This document shows positions 54,701 to 64,000 of a stretch of DNA of 64,000 bases, piece by piece. Source of the stretch: Chiloscyllium plagiosum. Taxonomy: Eukaryota. The notes beneath the pieces are model-generated. The model was not told the DNA's origin and made no database searches. It saw only the letters and a program-made list of their open reading frames with translations. The translations under genes were made by a program, and so were the position numbers. How positions within the stretch are numbered: position 1 is the first letter of the stretch; each line of letters starts with the position of its first letter. The DNA lies in the NCBI RefSeq assembly GCF_004010195.1, contig NC_057750.1, positions 16,136,550 through 16,200,549 on the forward strand, written 5' to 3'.

Positions 54701-55149
54701 CATGTTTCTAGCAATGGACTGCAAGAGGACATCTCAAGGGCAACTAGAGATAGGAAATATCCAGTCAATGAGTATATTAACAAACTTCAGTCCTTTCGCC
54801 ATAGTTTTCTACATGCTTGTTCATCAAGTACATACCCAAAACCCTTCCAAATCTGGTAAGTATTCTGCTTCTCCAACTGTTTTGGAGGTTCCATGACTCG
54901 CACCTCCACATAATAAACTCTTCATTTGAAGATGACCTTGAACTGATGATCTTCAGTTAAAAAGTAGCTGAGCAGTGGAAATAGATAATTTCTGTTAAAT
55001 TTGTCACCCATGTGAAACCTCTGGAGTTCGTGCTTCTTCCTTTTTTTTTAGATAACTGAATCTCAGTTCGATTTATTTCTGCCTGATTTCACAGGTATTT
55101 TGAATCGGGTTTTGTGTTTCCTTTCAGAACTGGTTTGTCCTCCTTCTCT

Positions 55150-55363
55150 CACCGTGATGACCTTTGGCGGTTACCGGGAGGCGGGAGTGGAATTCGAAAA
55201 AGAACCGAACTTGCTGATTGTCAGGTCCTCCCTTTCGCGGCCTTGATTGGTTAGAAGGCGCCACCGTGCGTTAGCATCTCCACTTCCATTTGGTCTTGCC
55301 CTACGTCAATCAGACAAGGTAGAGGTTCGGTTGAGAGGAAAGGGGGTGGGAGATCGGCTTAAG
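55150..55363 (+). promoter_or_regulatory. TIMM50 promoter/5'UTR, start of CpG-rich island
   Basis: Abrupt rise in GC/CpG from about 55150 to 55800; inverted CCAAT box (ATTGG 55246-55250); CRE-like TACGTCA near 55302; YY1-type AAGATGGCGG at 55361-55370; no TATA. Confidence 0.75.
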
Positions 55364-55769
55364 ATGGCGGCGTCGCTCAGTTGCATGTGTCGCCGCTCAA
55401 CCCTGGACCTCTGTGGGAAAATTCTACGCTGCCGGCCCGCCACCAATCGCAAAAGGTCCGCGTTGAAAAGTTGTGAGGTAAAGCTTGGCTCGTCCCCGGC
55501 GTGTCGGACCCTGTCGGTCGAGAAAGGCCGCGGGCCGAGCGGCGCCGGGGCGGGAGGCCTGGCCCATGCCATCCTGCAGGAGAAGCTTCAACAGCAGGAA
55601 CGGGCCAAAGAGGAGGCCGGCAGCGGGGAGCCAGGGGCTGGCGGCAGCGACGCGGGCACCGAGCAGGAGCAGAAACAGAAACAAAACGCGGCCTACGCCA
55701 AGAAAATGGTGCTGAGACTGGCGGGACTGCTGGGGGCTGGCAGCGCATTCGCCGTGGTCTACGTCTTCG
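55364..55769 (+). CDS. TIMM50: TIM50 first coding exon: presequence, GGLAHAILQEKLQQQ segment and TM helix (NAAYAKKMVLRLAGLLGAGSAFAVVYVFG)
   Basis: YAKKxxLxLAGLLGAG...VVYxFG matches vertebrate TIMM50; strong start context AAGATGG; donor g|gtgagt in phase 1; synteny with SUPT5H. Confidence 0.92.
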
Positions 55770-55981
55770 GTGAGTGGCAGCAGCTCAGTGTCCACATCTG
55801 AAAAATCTCCAGCTGAAACATCTGGTTGCTGCATGGTTATCTCCATCTATATTTGCTATGTCAACTGTCACGCTGCAGTTGTAGACTGTAGCCTCGGGGT
55901 GGCACTGTGGACCGGCTTTCTGAAGTCACTCTCAGCTTAGGGTCCATCTGAATACAGGTACTGCACTGATTTTGTCACTAA

Positions 55982-56146
55982 GTTGAGAATCACACAACTC
56001 CAGATTATATTCCAGCAGGTTTATTTGAAACCGTACACCACCTGGTGAAGGAGTAGTGCTTCCAGATAAACCTGTTGGACTATAATGTGGTGTTGTGTGA
56101 TTTTTAACTTTGTACCCTCCAGCCCAACACTGACACCTCCACATCA
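55982..56146 (+). mobile_element. P3 element with inverted 5' arm and 15-bp TSD
   Basis: TSD tgattttgtcactaa 55967-55981 / 56147-56161; CACCTGGTGAAGGAG..TAGTGCTTCC looks like a deleted hammerhead core. Confidence 0.8.
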
Positions 56147-57189
56147 TGATTTTGTCACTAACTGTGTAATTTGTTTTTGGAAATGTGGATACACTTGTTT
56201 GTAGGATCACAGGATTGTTTCATTGTAGAAGGAGGCCATTTAACCAGTCTGGACTCGAGACATTGGCTTGCTTTCTCTCCATGGATGCTGCCTGGCCTGA
56301 TGTGGTCTCTGACTTTTTTTTGTTTTCATGCCATTTAGCCGGCATGTCTGTACCAGTTCTCCAAAGAGAGCTCCAATGAACTAATGTGTGTTCTTCTTAA
56401 TGGGGGCTGTTATACCACAGCTATCTCACAGTTGTAGCTGATCAGGCATGTTGCTGATCAAACTGTGTGGCTGGTGTTATGAGACTGATTCTGTTGCCAT
56501 TATGTCCTAAGGTAGGTCTTGAACCCAGAATTTTTGGCCAGAGGTAGGAATGCTATATACTGGGCTACTAGACTATTCTAGTTTTCTTAATTAACCAGCT
56601 TGGGTGATTAGTGAGCTGTGACACAACTGTAAATGCAGTGGCTGAATTGTGCACCTATTAATTGAATGTTACCAAAAAAACAAGACCTGTTGCTGAAGCT
56701 TTTTATCGTGCTGTCATCAGGGCAAATTTGAAAATGACCGCAGCGGTTTAGAGCACAGGAGAAAAGAGTGCTGATCAGTTGACAAGTCAACTCGAAAAGC
56801 TGAGTCACTGCCATTGCCAAAGCAATGAGAAACCCTGGACTTTCTGAGCTCCCAAATAACTCCAAAAAAAGCCATAAGGCCACATTTGTTAAACCTAAAA
56901 CACCATATTATGTGTTAGATGTGATTCTGTGATTGCTCAACAGTCCTAGTGACAGGAACAACCAATGTAAAGTAATCAAACAGGTAACATGGCTCACTTA
57001 TGTTTGCTAAATGTGACATATATTCATAACAATGTCGGGAAACAAAACAAATATTCAGGCCTTGCACTTTTTAAAAAATTACCCAAGACCTGAGAGTTCT
57101 TCACCCAGATCTCCAAATAATGCAAAGGAACTTGTAAGGTTACCTCATGGAACCTTTTCACTGATGCTTTGTCTCATTTTAGTATGTAT

Positions 57190-59075
57190 TATGTCGGAGG
57201 GAATCCTGAGGGACAGGATTTACATATATTTGGAAAGGCAAGGACTGATTAGGAATATTCGACATGGCTTTGTGCTTGGGAAATTATGTCTCTCAAACTT
57301 GATTGTTTTCTGAAGAAGTAACAAAGAGGATTGATGAGGGCAGAGTAGTAGACATGATCTATATGGACTTCAGTAAGGCATTTGACAAGGTTCCCCATGG
57401 GAGACTGGTTAGCAAGGTTAGATCTCATTGAGTACAGGGAAAGCTAGCCATTTGGATACTGGCTCAAAGGTAGAAGACAGGATAGTGGTGGAGGGTTGTT
57501 TTTCAGACTGGTGATCATTGCACTAGCCATGTTATGGGTTGTGTAAAAATTGATTCTTTCTCACTTTGTCAGTTACTACATTCTGAAATAAGCTTTCATC
57601 TTGCTTTTGGGCATCTAGAGTTTTCCAATGAACCACTGTGTTCTGGAAATACAATTTTAACCTTTTTTTTGTTTAATTCTTATGCATATTTCTTCAGGAT
57701 TGGCTTCCAGTAACTTGGTCGATTGCCCAATCCTTTTTTTAAAATATGGGTAGTAATGCTGACGATGACCGATGGAGTGCCACAAGGATTGGTGCTGGGT
57801 CCACTGCTTTTTGTCATTTTATATAAATGATTTGGGTGGGAGCATAAGAGGTATAGTTAGTAAGTTTGCAGATGACTTGGAGGTGTAGTGGACAGTGAAG
57901 AAAGTTACCTTGGATTACAACAGAAACTTGATCAGATGGGCCAATAGGCTGAGATATGGTAGATGGAGTTTAATTTAGATAAATGCAAAGTGTTGCATTT
58001 TGGGAAAACAAATCTTAGCAGGACTTATGCACTTAATGGTAAGGTCCGAGGCAGTGTTGCTGAACAAAGAGACCTTGGAGTGCAGGTTCATAGCTCCTTG
58101 AAAGTGGAGTCGCAGGTAGATAAGATAGTAAAGAAGCGTTTAGATTAGATTCTGATTAGATTAGATTCCCTACAGTGTGGAAACAGGCCCTTCGTCCCAA
58201 CAACTCCACATTGACCCTCCGAAGAGTAACCCACCCAGACCCATTTCCCTCCGACTAATGTACCGAACACTGGGCAATATAGCACGGCCAATTCACCTGA
58301 CCTGCACATCTTTTGGACTGTGGGAGGAAACTGGAGCATGCGGAGGAAACCCATGCAGATACTGGGAGAACATGAGCAACTGTCTGCGTGGAGTTTGCGA
58401 GGGTGGAATCGAACCTGGAACCCTGGTGCTGTGAGGCAGCAGTGCTAACCACTGTGCCGCCCCCTAGTATGCTTTCCTTTATTGGTCAGAGTATTGAGTA
58501 CAGGAAGTATTGGGAGGTCATGTTTGCGGCTGTACGGGTCATTGGTTAGGCCACTTTTGCTATATTGTGTGCAATTCTGATCTCCTTCCTATCGGACGGA
58601 TGTTGTGAAACTTGAAAGAGTTCAGAAAAGATTTACAAGGATGTTGCCGGGGTTGTCGAGGATTTGAGCTATAAGGAGAGGTTGAATAGACTGGGGCTGT
58701 TTCCCCTGGAGAGTCTAAGGCTGAGGGGTGACCTCATAGAGGTTTATAAAATCATGAGAGCCATGGATAGGATAAATAGACAAGTCTTTTCCCTGGGGTG
58801 GGGGAGTCCAGAACTGGAGGGCATAGGTTTAGGGTGAGAGGGGAAAGATATAAAAGAAACCTATGGGGCAATCTTTTCACGCAGAGGGTGATGCATGTCT
58901 GGAATGAACTGCCAGAGGAAGTGGTGAAGGCTGGTACAATTACAGCTTTTAAAAGGCATCTGGATGGGGATATGCATTGGAAAGGTTTGGAGGGATGTGG
59001 ACCAAGTGCTAGCAAATGAGACTAGATTATTTTGGGATATCTGGTTGGCATGGACGAGTTGGATATCTCTGACTG
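57190..59075 (+). mobile_element. CR1 LINE (RT to 3' end) with a non-LINE insert (57512-57765) and a SINE (58140-58463, minus)
   Basis: RT motifs (atggacttcagtaaggcatttgacaagg; ORF 57963..58148) and CR1 C-terminus (58798..59019). Confidence 0.88.
57512..57762 (+). repeat. Direct duplicate of 60922-61197
   Basis: About 250 bp of high identity seen by direct comparison. Confidence 0.92.
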
Positions 59076-59937
59076 TACGGCTGTGTAAAGACTGGGGTGA
59101 TAGTCAGTAGGCAGAGATCTGTAAAGTTGTATCCTGTGTATAAACCTATCCTTTCATACTTTGCCATCTGGCTTCTCTCCATTTTAACAGTGAACATTGC
59201 CACCAACTAGTGGGAAAGATGTAGCGGAGCAAATATGCAAAGAGATTAGAGAGTTGAGAGAGATTAATTCTCATGAAGGACTGCATCCAGATGTAAGCTG
59301 GGATAGTAGTGGATGGGAAAGAAAGATGCAAGGGTTCCTAGAGATGTTCAGGGAATTTATACACGAGTGTATTTCCAATCCAAGCAAAGAAGAGATCACT
59401 GGCTCTGTTTATTCGAAATAAAGTGGACCAGGTGACATAGTGGAACAATGGGAGCCAGTTCTGCCTTAAAACGGCAGAAGGAAAAGGGTAAAGAATGATC
59501 TGGAGTCAGAATAATTAACTGGGGGAATTCCACCTTCAGTGGGGTAAGAATGGATCTGACCCAGATAAGTTGGAAACAAAGGTTGGTAGGTAAAACTGTT
59601 ACTGAGGAATTGGCTGCCTTTAAAGAGGATGAGGCACAGTCTAGGTATATTCTTGTGGAGTGGAATGGTAAGGGAAATAAATCCAGAGCTCCTGGATGAC
59701 AAAAGAGGGAGATTAAGATGAAGCAGAAAAAAGCCCAGTCCACTTATGATATGTGTGGCTTAGAATAAAGTAGAAAGTTTTCAAATCAGTGTGTAAATTA
59801 AGGAAGAAGGAGGAATTCTGACATGAGGGAACTTTCTCATGCAGCATGTCGTTAAGATCGAGGAAGCACCTCGATCGAGGATGCAGTGTAGTGGTTCATT
59901 GAGACACTTAAATGGGAATTATAAAGTTATTTGAAAA

Positions 59938-60662
59938 CCTGCATGTGGGTTTGCTCGCTGAGCTGGGAGGTTCATTTCCAGATGTTTCGTCACCCTACTA
60001 GGTAACATCTTCAGTGGGACTCAGGCGAAGCAGTATGGATGATTTCTGCTTTCTATTTATATGTTTGGGTTTCTTTGGGTTGGTGATGTTATTTCCTGTG
60101 GTGATGTCATTTCCGGTTCTTTTTCTAAGGGGTGGTAGATGGGGTCTAACTCAATGTGTTTGTTGATAGAGTTCTGGTTGGAATGGCATGCTTCTAGGAA
60201 TTCTCGTGCATTAGTGGGTGGCACGGTGGCACAGTGGTTAGCACTGCTGCCTCGCAGCGCCAGAGACCCGGGTTCAATTCCCGCCTCAGGCGACTGACTG
60301 TGTGGAGTTTGCACATTCTCCCCGTGTCTGCGTGGGTTTCCTCCGGGTGCTCCGGTTTCCTCCCACAGTCCAAAGATGTGCAGGTCAGGTGAATTGGCCA
60401 TGCTAAATTGCCCGTAGTGTTAGGTAAGGGGTAAATGTCGGGGTATGGGTGGGTTACGCTTCGGCGGGTCGGTGTGGACTTGTTGGGCCGAAGGGCCTGT
60501 TTCCACACTGTAAAGTAATCTAATCTAATCTAAAAAAAAATGTCTCTGTTTGGCTCGTCCTAGGATGGATGTCTGGTCCCAGTCAAAGTGGTGTCCTTCC
60601 TTATCTGTATGTAAGGATACGAGTGAGAGAGGGTCATGTCTTTTTGTTTCTCAAAACGCGCT
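59938..60662 (-). mobile_element. Penelope-like element 3' end: GIY-YIG C-terminal coding remnant plus hammerhead-like motif; 14-bp TSD; SINE inserted at about 60212-60540
   Basis: Minus translation across SINE: TKRHDPLSLVSLHTDKEGHHFDWDQTSILGRAKQRH|AREFLEACHSNQNSINKHIELDPIYHPL; TSD aagttatttgaaaa 59924-59937 / 60663-60676. Confidence 0.82.
60215..60540 (+). mobile_element. Young tRNA-derived SINE (HE1-like)
   Basis: Near-identical to 29131-29467; taatctaatctaatct + A tail. Confidence 0.92.
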
Positions 60663-61660
60663 AAGTTATTTGAAAAGGAAACACGAGAGAGTTGCTTTTT
60701 CTAAGGGCCACGCTGGCTAACTAGTCTTCTTGCATGTGGATTCACTTAATTCAGAAACTGAATGAAGTAGGCTATTAGTAGAGAACATTGAAGTAAAACT
60801 GTTAGAGACTGAATCTCTTTTCCCAGGCCACCTCTTCATTTTACCAATCTGTTTATTTTTTTAAAATGCCTTTGAGTATAACCACAGTTGTCACAGCATT
60901 TGTGGAAGATGTGTCTCACTATAATCATTGCACCAGCCATGTAATGGGTTGTGTAATAATTGGTCCTTTCTCACTTTGTCAGTTACTACATTCTGAAATA
61001 ACCTTTCATCTTGTTTTTGGGCACCCAGAGTTTTCCAATGAACCATTGTGTTCTGGAAATACAATTTTAACCTTTTTTTTGTTTAATTCTGGTACAGTTT
61101 TCTTCCCACTATCCTGTAGGTGACAAATCAGGATTGGCTTCCAGTAACTTGGTCAATTGTCCAATCCTTTTTTTTTAAATATGGGTAGTAATGCTGATGG
61201 TTTATTTGAATGCAGGAGGGAATTGAAAGTTGAGCTTTACTACTAAGCCTGTTGTCAGCTTTGTGCTGTGGTATCCTCTGTGTGTTAAAGGTTACAAGAT
61301 CACAATCTAGTCATACCGTCCAATGCTGCACTGACAAATGGCTGTCTTTTCGTTGAGACTTTAATCCAATGTCCTGCCTGCCCTCTGGTCGATGTAAAGG
61401 ATCCAATGGCACAAGGAGGAGCAAAGCACTTCTCTTGATTTCCGAATGATCATTTATCTCTTCAGAAGCACTGCTAATCAGTATTACTTCACTGTTTGTG
61501 TGCTCTTCTGTGCCAATTAATGCCACATTTCATACATTCTAGCAGCTAGATTTCAAAATTACTTCTTCATTCTGTAAAGCCTTTGCGATGGGCTCTATAA
61601 ATATTCCAACTGTCCCTGACATGTGAGATGGAAGTTGTGAACATTTTGCCCATAGGATCT

Positions 61661-61969
61661 GATTAGATTAGATTACTTAGATTAGATTACTTAGTGTGGA
61701 AACAGGCCCTTCGGCCCAACAAGTCCACACCAACCCGTGGAAGCGCAACCCACCCATACATTTACCCCATCACCTAGCACTATGGGCAATTTAGCATAGC
61801 CAATTCACCTGACCTGCACATCTTTGGACTGTGGGAGGAAACCGGAGCACCTGGAGGAAACCCACGCAGACACGAGGAGAATGTGCAAACTCCACACAGT
61901 CGCCTGAGGTGGGAATTGAACCTGGGTCTCTGCCGCTGTGAGGCAGCAGTGCTAACCCCTGTGCTGCCC
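61661..61969 (-). mobile_element. tRNA-derived SINE (HE1-like)
   Basis: (TTAGA)n tail, homology to other copies. Confidence 0.9.
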
Positions 61970-62270
61970 ATATCTATTTGCAAGGTAAATTTTCAAGGCA
62001 ACCTTGGGAAAATGTAGCTTCGTCGATTATATATAAATGTAAAATCTAGCTGAAAGACATATCAGTGTTGGGGGAAGTCATAATGTGTTGCTTGTAATTG
62101 AGCTGGGGGTAGATGAGGTTGGACTAGTTTCGTGCTCAATAAAGTAATTGTGCCTTTTAGCATTTTGTTAGTTTCTGTGTTGTGAATGCAAAGGTGAGCA
62201 GGCTACCACCACCCTGCACTCTGCCATCCTTATACAGTTGGTGGATACTGAGAAAGCTGTGGGGTAATCT

Positions 62271-62416
62271 GGATTAGAGTAGTGCTGGAAAAGCACAGCA
62301 GGTCAGGCAGCATCCGAAGAGCAGGAAAATCGACGTTTTGGGCAAAAGCCCTTCATCTATTCCAGCACCACTCTAATCTAGACTCTGGTTTCCAGTATCT
62401 GCAGTCCTTGTTTTTA
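62271..62416 (-). mobile_element. P1 element with inverted segment and degenerate hammerhead core
   Basis: Reverse complement GATGAAGGGCTTTTGCCCAAAACGTCGATT; imperfect TSD ctgtggggtaatct / ctctgggataatct. Confidence 0.75.
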
Positions 62417-63039
62417 CTCTGGGATAATCTATTCTATCCTGCACTTTTCCCAGCCTGCTCAATTTTATTTATCTTTTATTCTACCTGTTTATTGAATTAC
62501 CATATTGCATTAAATGCATTGATTGTGATTTGGAGCAGCATCTGTGGATCTCTGTGCAGCATTTTCTTTTCTAACATTGTGTTCTTTCTGAAAAGCGAGT
62601 GTTTAATTACTCAGGCATTTGGTTACTTTGAAAGATTACAAGCATATGCTTCTTAACTCAATTGCGTCTCAGTTTCAGCCAACATCTTTTTATTTCTGTT
62701 TCTCATCAGAATACTTGGGAGAGGCAGTGGTGTGGTGGCAACTGGACTAGTTATCCACACTCTAGCTAATATTGTGGGGACATGGGTTCATATCCCACGA
62801 TGGCAGATGGTGGATGGTGAACTCCATTAAAAATACTTTGGAATAAAACACTAGCTTAATGGTGAACATGTGCCCCCTGTCAAGTTCACTGATGTTCTTA
62901 AGGGAAATAAATCAGCTATTAGACTAACCTTTCGATAAGTCTAGACTGGCAGCTAGTTTAAATGCGCGACCAGACTCCTGAGCAATTTCAGGATGTACAA
63001 TAAACACTTACCTAGCCAGCAGTATAGCTGTACCACAAG

Positions 63040-64000
63040 ACCCTCTGTGGGCAATAAAGAAAAGCATACCAAAACGCCACCTTCACTATCCTATCTACCT
63101 GAGACTCCACTTTCAAGAAACTGTGAACCTGCTTTCCAAGGTCTCTTTGTACTGCAACACTTCCCAGGACCTTACCATTAAGTGTTTTAAGTCCTGCCCT
63201 CATTTGCCTTTCCAAAATGCCACATCTCGCATTTATCTAAATTAAATTCCATCTGCCACTCCTCAGCCCATTGGCCCATCTGATCAAAATCTCATTGCAC
63301 TCAGAGGGAATCTTCTTTGCTGTCCACGACAACTCCAATTTTGGTGTCATCTATAGACTTAGTAGCTGTATCTCCTGTGTTCACATACAAATCCATTCAT
63401 GTAAATGGGATAAAACAGAGAACCCAGCACCAATCCTTGTGGTAAACCACTGGTCACAGGCCTCCAGTCCAAAAAGCAAACCTTCACCACTACTGTCTTC
63501 CATCTTCGAGCCAGTTCTGTATCCAAATGGCTAGTTTTCCCAGTATTCCATGAGATCTAACCTTTCTAACCAGTCTACCATGAGGAACCTTCTTGAACGC
63601 CTTGCTGAAGGCCATATAGATCACGCCCACCGCTCTGCCCACGTCAATCCTCTTTGTTACTTAGAATCATAAAGTCATAGAGATGTACATCATGGAAACA
63701 GACCCTTCGGTCCAACTTGTCCACGCCGACCAGATATCCCAACCTAATCTAGTCCCACCTGCCAGCACCTGGTCCATATCCCTCCAAACGGTTCCTATTT
63801 ATATACCCATCCAGATGCTTTTTAAATGTTGCAATCGTACTAGCCTCCACCACTTGCTCTGGCAGCTCATTTCATACACGCACCACCCTCTGCATGAAAA
63901 AAATTGCCCCCAGGTCTCTTTTATATCTTTCCCTTCTCACCCTAAACCTATGCCCTCTAGTTCTGGACTCCCCCACCCCAGGAAAGAGACTTTGTCTATT
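63040..64000 (-). mobile_element. Two CR1 LINE pieces (RT region 63040-63660; separate 3' end 63662-64000 running off the window)
   Basis: ORF 63012..63215; homology to 46605-47355. Confidence 0.88.

Noticed and set aside
55247..55363. 39-aa N-terminal extension of TIMM50 with basic RRRHR (reminiscent of the long human nuclear isoform)
   Set aside because: Starts at TTG inside the CCAAT box right after an in-frame TGA, with no ATG; most likely promoter sequence upstream of the TSS
55306..55846. Several overlapping ORFs on both strands
   Set aside because: Expected stop-poor shadow frames of the GC-rich TIMM50 exon
60922..61197. Duplicated segment as an intronic snoRNA/scaRNA
   Set aside because: Ends in CTGA but has no RTGATGA C box, terminal stem or clear H/ACA layout
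29131..61969. tRNA genes
   Set aside because: A/B-box sequences are SINE heads followed by SINE bodies; no complete cloverleaf
55770..64000. Second TIMM50 exon (expected short xNxVDExGxK-like peptide)
   Set aside because: AG...GT candidates near 60827, 61216 and 62161-62193 give stops or unrelated peptides; probably beyond the window, though a micro-exon could be missed by eye

Overview
Eukaryotic vertebrate genomic DNA. The repeat content (abundant CR1-type LINEs, tRNA-derived SINEs with (TAATC)n tails) points to a cartilaginous fish, probably a shark; this taxon call is inference. The + strand carries the last 16 coding exons of SUPT5H (SPT5/DSIF; KOW domains, CTR repeats, stop at 39941-39943). 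All have GT-AG boundaries and consistent phases. About 15 kb downstream, on the same strand, are the CpG-rich promoter and first coding exon of TIMM50 (ATG 55364), the same gene order as in human. Introns and intergenic DNA are largely nested mobile elements: CR1 LINEs, a Rex1/Babar-like LINE, SINEs, a Tc1/mariner-type MITE and many Penelope-like (PLE) remnants. There is one 800-N assembly gap. The most notable unannotated signal is that about five short repeat families share a minimal hammerhead-ribozyme layout (stem I-CTGANGA-stem II-GAAA-palindrome-NTH-stem I') with different but compensatory stems. Two of these families lie directly downstream of GIY-YIG endonuclease remnants, and one copy with an intact core lies on the sense strand of a SUPT5H intron. 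Also notable are a ~250-bp locally templated insertion inside a LINE and a C-terminal extension of SPT5. Repeat boundaries are approximate, and family names and comparisons to human/zebrafish come from recognition, not a database search.
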